In this document: one piece after another, positions 47,693-56,694 of the stretch | Layout of the letters: each line of letters starts with the position of its first letter | Position numbering within the stretch: position 1 is the first letter of the stretch | Origin: Patescibacteria group bacterium | Lineage (GTDB): Bacteria; Patescibacteriota; JACPGU01 | Length of the DNA: 64,000 nt | Direction of reading: 5' to 3' | NCBI GenBank assembly: GCA_022703645.1 | Contig: JAKLDG010000001.1 | Coordinates: 443,277-507,276, forward strand | Position numbers and translations under genes: made by a program | Notes under the pieces: generated by a model | Seen by the model: only the letters and a program-made list of their open reading frames with translations | What the model was told of the DNA's origin: nothing | Databases searched by the model: none

Positions 47693-48748
47693 TTACAACT
47701 CTTCCTCTCTCGGCCTGTCTACTTCCACTGTACTAATTAATTCCCTTTCAACCCCGCCAATTTTTACGACATCTTTATCGATTTTTGTAAACTCTTTTCT
47801 CGCGCTTTCATAAGCCCCTACCGTAGCGCCAAGATTACTGCCAAGTTTACCCATGTATGCTTCATATTTCCGGATATGCGTATCAAGATCGCCAACTTTT
47901 TTTATAATAGATTTTGTTTGTTCTTCAATTTTGAATGCCCGCAAACCCTGCAAAACGGTTTGCAGATATGCAGCAAATGTAGTTGGGGATACTATAATCA
48001 CCTTTCTTTCTTTGAATGCATAGTCAATTAGACTTCTCGTATTAACAGAAACTTCTCCGACTTCATTTACCAGTAGGTCATAATAAATTGCTTCGGCTGG
48101 GATAAACATGAAAGCAAAGTCCAGCGTCCCCTCTTTTGGCTTTATATATTTACTGGTCTCATCAATTCTTTTTTTCAGATCATTCTTGAATTCTTTTTCG
48201 AGCGCTTTTCTTTTTTCCTTGCTTTCTTCCGCAATAACGCGCGTATAGTTTTCAAGTGAAAACTTCGCATCAACTGGTATAATCCCGTCTTTCGTAAATA
48301 TTGCAGCATCTACCGTATCTCCATCTTTGAAGGAATATTGTAACTGAAATGCGGTTGGCGGTAGAATATTTTCGAGAACTAACTGAAGCCCAGCCTCACC
48401 CAGATTCCCTCTTTGTTTCTGACTAGTCAAAACTTTCTGCAGATTATTCAGTTGTTCCGAAAACCCAATTACCTGTTTATTCGTCTCATCAAGCTTGGTT
48501 AATTTCTCGGTAACTTCAGAAATTATTTTGGCGCTTTGTCCGAATTGCATCTGCATGCTTTTTGTACTTTCGCCTAATTTTGCATCCATAACCTTCGACA
48601 ATTCTTGCAGTTGGTTCTGGATAAGAAGAAATGCTTTATCATCCCCCACCGGTTCGCTCTTCTTTTTATTAAGGGAAACCAAAATATAGACTGATATGAT
48701 AATCAGCACGACCACAAGCACTGTTAAAATTAAAATTGTTGGTTCCAT
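47693..48748 (-). CDS. rmuC: DNA recombination protein RmuC
   Basis: 351 aa. N-terminal TM, long coiled-coil, C-terminal 'FAFMFIPAEAIYYDLL' RmuC nuclease-like core. Confidence 0.8.
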   Translation of the reverse strand: MEPTILILTVLVVVLIIISVYILVSLNKKKSEPVGDDKAFLLIQNQLQELSKVMDAKLGESTKSMQMQFGQSAKIISEVTEKLTKLDETNKQVIGFSEQLNNLQKVLTSQKQRGNLGEAGLQLVLENILPPTAFQLQYSFKDGDTVDAAIFTKDGIIPVDAKFSLENYTRVIAEESKEKRKALEKEFKNDLKKRIDETSKYIKPKEGTLDFAFMFIPAEAIYYDLLVNEVGEVSVNTRSLIDYAFKERKVIIVSPTTFAAYLQTVLQGLRAFKIEEQTKSIIKKVGDLDTHIRKYEAYMGKLGSNLGATVGAYESARKEFTKIDKDVVKIGGVERELISTVEVDRPREEEL

Positions 48749-48849
48749 ATTTATAATCTACCACAAAAAATTAAAACTTTCTACATCAGTTAAAAACCTT
48801 TGACTTTTTCGCTTTTTTATGGTACAATTATACGGTTTTGTCAAAAGCT

Positions 48850-48858
48850 GTGGATAAA
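48850..48858 (-). promoter_or_regulatory. DnaA-box 9-mer (TGTGGATAA) in the divergent promoter region between rmuC and the 192-aa secreted protein gene
   Basis: Perfect reverse-complement box, 27 bp upstream of the plus-strand start at 48885. Confidence 0.45.
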
Positions 48859-48884
48859 GCCAAAAACATAAATAAAAACAAAGA

Positions 48885-49463
48885 ATGAAAGAGCAAACTT
48901 TAAAAAGATTCCTAACAACAATGAGCTTCGTCTTACTAATGTCATTAGCCCACCAGATTGAAGCAAGCGAATTAAAAAACGAGTCAAATCGCGAAACTGA
49001 TGGTATTGCTATTTCTCAAAGACTTGGGAATATTAATATGACTTCAAACGATGAATATCCTGAAATATTACCACTACAACAAGGTATTATTAAAGAAAAT
49101 AAGTTTCTTGATATGGGACAAGTAAAAATAGCGGTTAAGCAGTTTAAACAGGATATTAAAGGAACTGAATTAGAAAACCTAACTGAACAGAACATTTTTG
49201 GTTCGTTATCGCAAAGCAAAAACCTCGGTAAAATCCGCAATTTCCTATCGGAGAAAGAACGTAAGTTGGCAGAAAAAAATTTATATATAGAACATGGCGG
49301 TTTATCTTATAACCCCAAGAAAAACGAAGCAAAGAGTTATGAATTTGTCCTAAACCCAAAAAAAGGTATCACGGCTGGCTATTCAAAGGAGTCGGAGAAC
49401 AAAGCAATGAAAATAAAGGTTGATAAAAACTCAGTAAACTTAGAAAAATCATTTAAGTTTTAA
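48885..49463 (+). CDS. secreted hypothetical protein
   Basis: 192 aa. Signal peptide MKEQTLKRFLTTMSFVLLMSLAHQIEA; Lys/Asn/Glu-rich. Confidence 0.6.
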   Translation: MKEQTLKRFLTTMSFVLLMSLAHQIEASELKNESNRETDGIAISQRLGNINMTSNDEYPEILPLQQGIIKENKFLDMGQVKIAVKQFKQDIKGTELENLTEQNIFGSLSQSKNLGKIRNFLSEKERKLAEKNLYIEHGGLSYNPKKNEAKSYEFVLNPKKGITAGYSKESENKAMKIKVDKNSVNLEKSFKF

Positions 49464-49496
49464 AAGATAAATAGAAAAGAGCCGCGAGGCTCTTTT

Positions 49497-52400
49497 CTAA
49501 ACTACTGAATCATCGCAATATCTGGAGAATGGACAATTTTCACAGTCCATTTTCGATGGAGTAGCTGTAAATTCTTGCGCACGGATACCATTTGAAGCAC
49601 GAATAATATTTTCTTTTACTTTTTCCAGCGACGTTTCGGTCGGAGTAAATGCCCCAACGATACCATTCATGAGAAAGAAAAGCCCCACTCGTTCTGGCAA
49701 TTCCCCTGTTAATTCCTTTATCGCAAGGGCATAAACTCCCAGCTGAGTATTGTCACGCGCCCTATTGTCTGCTTTTTTCTGATCGTCAATCTCAGAAGTC
49801 TTGAAATCAATGATTCCCACTCCCCCATTTGAGGTTTTTTCGAGCGCGTCAATTCGCCCTTCGATAATATTATTTTCTATTTCAAATTTAAAAGGCTTTT
49901 CTATTTCTAAAACCTCAATATTGTTTGAATATTCTGCAACAAACTTTTTTATCACCCCAATACCTTCATCATATCGCTGCTTTTCGTGTTCTGCTGAGAT
50001 GAACCCCTCACTACTCCAGTTTTGTTTATAAATTTCTAAAAGCTGATCCATATTTAATGTTTTTGAATTTTGGATTTGTGATTTGTTTGTAATTTGTAAT
50101 TTGTCATTTGAAATTTTTGCCTTATAGTATTCTTCAATCACTTTGTGAATAGCGCGACCAAATATAATCTGATGATTGGTCATGAGCTTGATCGGAGTAA
50201 TGTGAATAAATTTATATTTGCGTGGACAAGTCAGGTAATCGTCCACTTCAGCGCGTGATAATCTCAATTTCTCATCCTTAAGTTTTAGTCTGGTTGAGTA
50301 AAGCGGAACTTCTTTTGGCGCAAAATGTTCTATTCGCTCGAGCTCCGTCTGCTTTGAATATTCCGGATTTACATTTTCCGTTCCAAGCGCTTCCACAACA
50401 AATCGGCTGATTTTTACTGATTTTTTTCCGCCATAATCACGACCAAATGTCAGATAAAGCCTTTCAGCTGCTCTGGTCATACCAACATAAAAAAGTCTGC
50501 GCTCTTCAGCAAGATGGAGAGTTTTGCTGTCCGGCTCATCCTCATTTTCGTCAACACCAACCCAACCACCTTTTAATTCTTTCGGAAACCTTATTGGGTC
50601 GCCCATATTTCTCGACGGAAATTTCGAATCAGAAAGTCCAACCATAAATACATATTTGAATTCCAGCCCCTTCGCGCCATGAATTGTCAGAATCTTTACT
50701 GCATCATATGTCGGATCGTCCATTTCATCCGTAGGATCTTCGCCGATTTCTAAGAGAAGGTTAAGATATTCCATAAATTTCTGAATACCAACATCCAGAT
50801 TTGCTTCTTGAAACCCAAGAATACGATCAAAAAAATGTGAAATAGAAACTATTTTTTCGCCTGAATTCATATCTCCTTTTTTCTCATTTGTCGCAAGCTT
50901 TTTCAGATATCCACTGTCTGAAATAAATTTGTAGAGAACTTCTCCCGCACTCGCAGTAATACTCTCTCTCCTAATATTTTGTAATATTTCTAATATTTCT
51001 TTAATATTTTCCAGATTCCCCTTTCCTAGGTCTTTTTCTAATACTTTTTCGTCTTCGGTTCTCAAGTACTCCTCAAGCGGAATGTTTTTTGATCGGACTT
51101 TGTGCAATACTACACTAATTCGGTCGAAATCAACCCCTACAAATTCCCCAACCAAGAGATTAAAAAGCGCTAGATTATCGGCTGGGTTTATTAATATTGA
51201 AAAGAAAGCGATCACATTTTTTATAATACTCTTACGAAAAAGCCCTTCGTTTCCCGTAAATAAATAAGGGATTTTTTTGCCAGATAGCGCGTTGGTAAAT
51301 GGTAAAGCCTGATTATTTGACCGAATCAAAATCGCAAAGTCTGAGTATTTAATTTCTTTATTAATTTCTTTTAATTTCCTAATTTCCTCTGCAACATTTG
51401 CTGCTTCCTCTGTAGCGTTTTCAAAGAAAAGCAATTCCGGTTTTTTGCCATTTTGCATGTTTGAATTTAACTTTTTATTGATACCATATTTTGTCTCAAG
51501 ACGATCTGGATTATTGAATTGAATTAATTTATAGCTCGCATCCAGTATTTCCTGAGTATTGCGATAATTTTCCGTTAAAACTACCTGTTTAGTATCCTCC
51601 CAATTTTCTTTAAATTCTAGAATATTTGAAATATCTGCCCCACGAAATTTGTAAATTGACTGGTCATCGTCCCCCACTACAGTAATAGTTGGTAAGTTAT
51701 AAGTTGTAAGTTGTAAGTTTTTAGGATTTTGAATTTTATTGGGTATTGGGCATTGGTCATTGGGAATTTCTAAGGTTAATACCTTTAGCAGTTCATTCTG
51801 CGCAAAATTCGTATCCTGAAATTCATCAACTAATATATATTTATACTTTTTGCGAAAGTTTGAGAGAAGCTGTTCTTTTTCTCTCAATGCTTTGTTCATA
51901 TTAAAAATCAGATCGCCAAAATCCATTCTATCATTGAGAGCCATCAGCTCCTGATATGTTTTATATGAATAAGCCAACTCCAATTGTTGCTCAGCATACT
52001 CTTTCTCAATTTTGCTATCAGCTTTATTTGAAAGATTCTGTGCAAATTCCAGGTATTGATAAGGACCAATAAGCTCGTCTTTGAGATGCGAGAAATGGTG
52101 GATCATATCTTGGACAAAACGCGTAGGATCCCCTAGCGGTCGGTAAACCTTCAGATTAAAATCAAATATATGATCACGAATAAATAATATCTGTTGTGGC
52201 TCGGTGAGAATCTTGAAAGCCGTGGAATATCCGAGAGAATATGCGTTTTCCCGCAAAAATTCTTCGGCTAGAGAATGAAAATTACACGCTTTTACGTCAT
52301 TGTATCCGTATGGTAAAACGATATCTAACCTTTCCTCCATCTCTGCCGCAGCTTTTTTCGTAAATGTGATTGCTAATATTTCCGATGGCTTGGCTTTTTT

Positions 52401-52547
52401 TTCGGAAATTAGATATGCGATTTTGCTGATTATTACTTTTGTTTTCCCGGTACCCGCTCCCGCCACCACCATAAGAGGGCCACCATCGTATGTGACAGCT
52501 TCCCTCTGCGCATCGTTCAACTCTTCAAGAATTTCTTTTGTTTGCAT
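49497..52547 (-). CDS. UvrD/PcrA-like superfamily-1 helicase fused to a C-terminal Fe-S PD-(D/E)XK (RecB/AddB/Cas4-type) nuclease
   Basis: 1016 aa. 'VVAGAGTGKTKVI' (motif I), 'VDEFQDTN' (II), 'VVGDDDQSIYKFRGA' (III), 'TENYRNTQEIL' (IV), 'IHGAKGLEF' and 'VGMTRAAE' (V-VI). C-terminal 'YLTCPRKYKF' + 'GRIDALEK...IIDFKTSE' + 'CENCPFSRYC' = Cys4 RecB-family nuclease. Two in-frame repeat-derived insertions at 50040-50110 and 51700-51790. Confidence 0.85.
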   Translation of the reverse strand: MQTKEILEELNDAQREAVTYDGGPLMVVAGAGTGKTKVIISKIAYLISEKKAKPSEILAITFTKKAAAEMEERLDIVLPYGYNDVKACNFHSLAEEFLRENAYSLGYSTAFKILTEPQQILFIRDHIFDFNLKVYRPLGDPTRFVQDMIHHFSHLKDELIGPYQYLEFAQNLSNKADSKIEKEYAEQQLELAYSYKTYQELMALNDRMDFGDLIFNMNKALREKEQLLSNFRKKYKYILVDEFQDTNFAQNELLKVLTLEIPNDQCPIPNKIQNPKNLQLTTYNLPTITVVGDDDQSIYKFRGADISNILEFKENWEDTKQVVLTENYRNTQEILDASYKLIQFNNPDRLETKYGINKKLNSNMQNGKKPELLFFENATEEAANVAEEIRKLKEINKEIKYSDFAILIRSNNQALPFTNALSGKKIPYLFTGNEGLFRKSIIKNVIAFFSILINPADNLALFNLLVGEFVGVDFDRISVVLHKVRSKNIPLEEYLRTEDEKVLEKDLGKGNLENIKEILEILQNIRRESITASAGEVLYKFISDSGYLKKLATNEKKGDMNSGEKIVSISHFFDRILGFQEANLDVGIQKFMEYLNLLLEIGEDPTDEMDDPTYDAVKILTIHGAKGLEFKYVFMVGLSDSKFPSRNMGDPIRFPKELKGGWVGVDENEDEPDSKTLHLAEERRLFYVGMTRAAERLYLTFGRDYGGKKSVKISRFVVEALGTENVNPEYSKQTELERIEHFAPKEVPLYSTRLKLKDEKLRLSRAEVDDYLTCPRKYKFIHITPIKLMTNHQIIFGRAIHKVIEEYYKAKISNDKLQITNKSQIQNSKTLNMDQLLEIYKQNWSSEGFISAEHEKQRYDEGIGVIKKFVAEYSNNIEVLEIEKPFKFEIENNIIEGRIDALEKTSNGGVGIIDFKTSEIDDQKKADNRARDNTQLGVYALAIKELTGELPERVGLFFLMNGIVGAFTPTETSLEKVKENIIRASNGIRAQEFTATPSKMDCENCPFSRYCDDSVV

Positions 52548-52629
52548 AAAAGTATTATAAATTAATCCTACTAAAATTTCTATTAAATAAAAAAGGCGTC
52601 TAAAAACGCCTTTATAAATTTATTTTTGC

Positions 52630-53001
52630 CTATTTCACTTCTTCAATCTCGCTAACGGTTATCAAAACTCCCCCATCGGTACCTAATTCTTTCGGATCAC
52701 CAGATATTCGAACATTCTTTCCAATGAATTTATCAAGGTTGATACCAGTACCATTTGCCAGAGCGGCAATCGTTATTCCTCCAGCTTCCAAAACATGCGT
52801 TCCCTCGCTGAATTGTCCTTCGGGCATTACGCGAACAATTCCCTCGATCCCTTGTGTATCGTCAGATTCAACTTGCTTTTGGGCAGAACTATCAACAGGC
52901 GTGGCTTTTTTTTGACTAACATTAAAACTCCCTATAAATGGCAGCGACATTGACACTGCCAAGATGACAATGATTGCAATGAATACAGCTCTTTTGTTCA
53001 T
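52630..53001 (-). CDS. small secreted/membrane protein, hypothetical
   Basis: Start placed at MNKRAVFIAIIVILAV to avoid overlap with rnhA; single TM/signal anchor. Confidence 0.5.
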   Translation of the reverse strand: MNKRAVFIAIIVILAVSMSLPFIGSFNVSQKKATPVDSSAQKQVESDDTQGIEGIVRVMPEGQFSEGTHVLEAGGITIAALANGTGINLDKFIGKNVRISGDPKELGTDGGVLITVSEIEEVK

Positions 53002-53038
53002 AAAAATTTTTTCTATAATTAATAGATTTTTTGATTTT

Positions 53039-53446
53039 TTATTTTCTTGCTTGGTTGTCCAAAGCTTCATTTACCAGCTCATCGGCGAGTTTGTTTTTTT
53101 CTCTGGGAATGTGATGATAACTGACTTTTTTGAAATCGCCTTCGGCTTTTTTAACTTTTGCAAAAAGTTCTTTCAATTCTTCGTTTTTTACTTTATATTC
53201 CCCTCTTAATTGTTTCACAACCAATTCACTGTCAAGATTGCATTTTAATTCTTTTATACCCATTTTTGCTGCCACTTGCAATCCACCAAGAATTGCTCGG
53301 TATTCAGCTTGATTATTGGTCAGTGTGTCTCCGAGATATTTACCTTTTGCGAATATCACTTCACCGTCTTTTTTCAAAATAATTCCGACCGCGCCCGGTC
53401 CGGGATTACCGCGCGCTCCCCCATCTGTATATAATTCGTAATTCAT
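53039..53446 (-). CDS. rnhA: ribonuclease HI
   Basis: 135 aa. 'LYTDGGARGNPGPGAVG' (DxG), 'TNNQAEYRAILGGL' (E), 'DSELVVKQL' (D), 'HHIPREKNKLADELVNEA' (H...D). Confidence 0.88.
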   Translation of the reverse strand: MNYELYTDGGARGNPGPGAVGIILKKDGEVIFAKGKYLGDTLTNNQAEYRAILGGLQVAAKMGIKELKCNLDSELVVKQLRGEYKVKNEELKELFAKVKKAEGDFKKVSYHHIPREKNKLADELVNEALDNQARK

Positions 53447-53468
53447 AATTCCTCTTCTTTATTCGATA

Positions 53469-54077
53469 CTAATAATTTCTTGGGCTAACTGACGTAGTCA
53501 ATGTTACAACTGTTGGATTCCTTTTATCAGTACTTTGCGACTTGATAGTTATGTTTAATTTTGGAGGTATCAAAAGTAAAGGATCTGGCGCCGGATTTGT
53601 GGTAATTTCAGGAGTAAATTCATTTATTTTTATATCTGCAGGGTTGTTTAAAATGACCGCTGCGCCACTTGCCCAACCGCTTGTTGCGCCAATGTCTTTT
53701 GTGGAAGTGATTATTTGAAGGTTATTTCCACCTGTCGGTATAAAATATTCGTTTTTTGTAACCTTTCCTGCCAAAACGTCAGTATTTACTATGACAAGTC
53801 TTCCGCTATCAACCTTATAAGCAACACTGACCCTCTCTCCGGCAGAATTTAGTTCACCATTGGCGTTCCTCGCCTCTCTCGTAATTGTTTCAAGAATATA
53901 GCGTGTATTTTCCTGAGTCTGTCTTAGCACGGAAACCTTCTGATCTTGTCTAATAATATCGACCAAAGAAGAAGCGCCAAAAGTAATAAAAACCGCAAAG
54001 ATAGAAACAGCAACAAGAAGCTCTATCAGAGTAAAGCCACTTTCTTTTTGTCTTTTATTATTCTTTGTTTTTTTCAT
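53469..54077 (-). CDS. prepilin-type minor pilin / pseudopilin
   Basis: Leader then 'GFTLIELLVAVSIFAV' class-III signal (cleavage after G, Glu at +5). Confidence 0.75.
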   Translation of the reverse strand: MKKTKNNKRQKESGFTLIELLVAVSIFAVFITFGASSLVDIIRQDQKVSVLRQTQENTRYILETITREARNANGELNSAGERVSVAYKVDSGRLVIVNTDVLAGKVTKNEYFIPTGGNNLQIITSTKDIGATSGWASGAAVILNNPADIKINEFTPEITTNPAPDPLLLIPPKLNITIKSQSTDKRNPTVVTLTTSVSPRNY

Positions 54078-54174
54078 TCTAAAAGTTTATAATTTCTAAA
54101 TTATAAATTATAATTTCTAATTTGAGACTTTGACATTTTATTAGATATTATAATTTAGATATTAGACATTTCCT

Positions 54175-54687
54175 CTAATATTTGCTTTTCCAATCCGTCA
54201 AATATGTTTCCCCTTTCAGTTCCCCATCTTTGTTCCGATCCTTCCATGTAACTATAATAGTAAATTTTTTCTTTAAACCATCTTTTGGAGTTGGAGTTGA
54301 TGCGCCATTAATATAAAGCGGCACTTGCTGAATTGGAGTTATCGTGATCGTAGTAGTAAAATCTTTATTATTAATTCTATCTTTCTTCCCATCTTTGTAT
54401 GATGAAGAAGTTAACCACGCGTCATCCAGATTTGTGTCCCAATTCAAACCATTTGCAATATTTGTATCTCTCACATTATGCAGCTCTTCAATCGTTCTTT
54501 GTACAAGATTATAAGCAGCAGTTTTGCTTTGAGCGTTTTCCCACGTTTGAAAAGTTTGTTGCGCTAAGAAAGTCACAAAAGTAAGGATAAGAATCATTAT
54601 CCCAATACTAACAATTACTTCAACTAACCCAAACCCTGATTGCTTTGAGGAAATAACAGAAAATTGTTTTTTATTTGATATTTTCAT
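54175..54687 (-). CDS. prepilin-type minor pilin (divergent N-terminus GFGLVEV)
   Basis: 'KQSGFGLVEVIVSIGIMILIL' hydrophobic alpha1 segment with Glu at +5. Confidence 0.65.
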   Translation of the reverse strand: MKISNKKQFSVISSKQSGFGLVEVIVSIGIMILILTFVTFLAQQTFQTWENAQSKTAAYNLVQRTIEELHNVRDTNIANGLNWDTNLDDAWLTSSSYKDGKKDRINNKDFTTTITITPIQQVPLYINGASTPTPKDGLKKKFTIIVTWKDRNKDGELKGETYLTDWKSKY

Positions 54688-54689
54688 TT

Positions 54690-55253
54690 CTATGGTATTG
54701 TTGCTAAGGATAATGATATACTATTCGCGGCTTTATTTATATTTACGTTATAAGTATAATTCAAACCTTCTGTTGTTGAATAAACCTGAATATCGATACT
54801 ATTTTTTGCCAGCTCTGTTCCGTTATTATTATAAAACCTTACCAAACCGGAAGTACGGTTATCCCCCACTAAATACGTAATCGTAGCAGAGGTATCCAAA
54901 CCATCCGCCTTAATGTTTTTGATGCATACATTGCTCTTAAGAATTACAGTTTTTAAAGTTTGTGTTGTACTGTCGTTATGTATTTCAGATAAGTTAATCG
55001 TCTGCCCGCAAGTACCTGCGTTTGGCAGTATGATTTTATATTCTGTAGTATTCGCGCTTGATGGCGCCAATGCACGGCTTTGCGCCTCCCATAGCAGAGA
55101 TCTTAATTCTTTTGCGGCGTTTTTTACCTCATTCCTTCTTTGCTGCTGCCGATAGTTAGGGACTGCCATCAAAAAAAGTAAACCCATAATTGAAATAACA
55201 ACTAACAATTCAATTAAAGTGAAGCCTGTTTGTTTTTTGTTTATATTTTTCAT
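54690..55253 (-). CDS. prepilin-type minor pilin
   Basis: 'KKQTGFTLIELLVVISIMGLL'; start moved to the internal Met to remove the overlap with pilD. Confidence 0.75.
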   Translation of the reverse strand: MKNINKKQTGFTLIELLVVISIMGLLFLMAVPNYRQQQRRNEVKNAAKELRSLLWEAQSRALAPSSANTTEYKIILPNAGTCGQTINLSEIHNDSTTQTLKTVILKSNVCIKNIKADGLDTSATITYLVGDNRTSGLVRFYNNNGTELAKNSIDIQVYSTTEGLNYTYNVNINKAANSISLSLATIP

Positions 55254-55258
55254 ATTTA

Positions 55259-56056
55259 TTATCCGCCCAAATACCAATTCACTATATATTTTCCAATAAA
55301 TAAAGCCAATAAAGCGCCAATCACCAAAAATGGTCCAAATGGCACTATGTCTTTGCGCGTTTTTTTCTTTGCTGCTATTAAAATTATACTAACAATACTG
55401 CCAATAGTAAATGAGAAAAATAGTGAAACTAAGATCAATGGATAACCGAGAATAATGCCAATTAATAAACCTAATTTCACATCCCCCCAGCCCATTCCTT
55501 TTTCTTTTGTTGCCAATACCAATATCAAGAATAGCCCCCCACCAATGACAGGCCCTAACAAAATATTGAGAACCTCTGGCTTAAAAATAAAAAAATCCAG
55601 GTGAAAGATTATGTTTATAACCGCTAATACAGCAGATACTACGATAGCCGGTATGACAACTTTATCGGGAATGATATAGTGAAAAATATCAAAGAAAAAA
55701 ACTACGACAAAAATCATGATGACTAAAAGATAAAAGGCAAAAAATAGATAAAGATTTGCGCCGATCAGAACGTCCGCAAAACGAATGTAGAGTAAAGCAA
55801 ATAATAGACCTGTAACCAGCTCCACAAAAGGATAAAATATGCTGATTTTTTCTTTACAATGACGACACTTCCCTTTCAGAACGACAAAAGAAAGCAGCGG
55901 TACCAGCTCATAAGATCTCAATTTATTCTGACACTTCGGACATTTACTTCTGCCAAATATAATAGTCTCGTCTGTTTCCAAACGCGATATAACGACAGAA
56001 AGAAAACTGCCAATCATCAAGCCAAAAACAAAAAATATCAGGGTATTTAATATCAT
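55259..56056 (-). CDS. pilD: prepilin peptidase (A24 family)
   Basis: 265 aa. Multi-pass membrane protein; Cys4 cluster 'CPKCQNKL...CRHCKEKI'; catalytic Asp-containing loops. Confidence 0.85.
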   Translation of the reverse strand: MILNTLIFFVFGLMIGSFLSVVISRLETDETIIFGRSKCPKCQNKLRSYELVPLLSFVVLKGKCRHCKEKISIFYPFVELVTGLLFALLYIRFADVLIGANLYLFFAFYLLVIMIFVVVFFFDIFHYIIPDKVVIPAIVVSAVLAVINIIFHLDFFIFKPEVLNILLGPVIGGGLFLILVLATKEKGMGWGDVKLGLLIGIILGYPLILVSLFFSFTIGSIVSIILIAAKKKTRKDIVPFGPFLVIGALLALFIGKYIVNWYLGG

Positions 56057-56150
56057 GATTTAATTATAATCATTCTATAACAATTCACAAGACATTATAA
56101 AAGCCCGCTTGTTTCCAAGCGGGCTTTTGAATTTAACTTATCAACAAATA

Positions 56151-56606
56151 TTATGAACAGGTTCCTGTATTTGCTGCTTTAACCGGAGTAGAATTATTCC
56201 AATTTTGGTTATCAATACACCATGTACCTCCACCTTTCATTCCTGTAACACTTACTGCCCATTTCTGACCTATAGCGTCAGTCGTACACACTATCGTTCC
56301 TGAACCCGATAGATTTTTCTGAATATTATCACGAATTGTTATAACCGTTGGATCCATGAACATGCTGCCGGCAGCAGTACAACTAGATATTGCAACCGTT
56401 CCATTACCATTATAATTTCCATTTGTATCATAGAATATTTCAGATTGCGCTCTCAGACTATCAAGCCCAGCCCTTACAGCCGAATCAGCTGCTTTGGTTC
56501 TAGCTGAATTTAGTGATGCTAAAGCTATCAATGTTAATAAACCAATGATCGCAATCACCACCAAAAGTTCTATCAATGTAAAACCCCTTTCTCTTTTGTT
56601 CATCAT
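56151..56606 (-). CDS. pilA: type IV major pilin
   Basis: 151 aa. 'RGFTLIELLVVIAIIGLLTLIALASLNSAR' canonical T4a pilin N-terminus; two C-terminal Cys pairs. Confidence 0.85.
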   Translation of the reverse strand: MMNKRERGFTLIELLVVIAIIGLLTLIALASLNSARTKAADSAVRAGLDSLRAQSEIFYDTNGNYNGNGTVAISSCTAAGSMFMDPTVITIRDNIQKNLSGSGTIVCTTDAIGQKWAVSVTGMKGGGTWCIDNQNWNNSTPVKAANTGTCS

Positions 56607-56694
56607 GATTTCTCCTTGTAAAATTAATTAATAATTATTTATATTATAGGCTCATTCATTTATAACTCAAGAGGATTATTTTCCTCAATTAATT

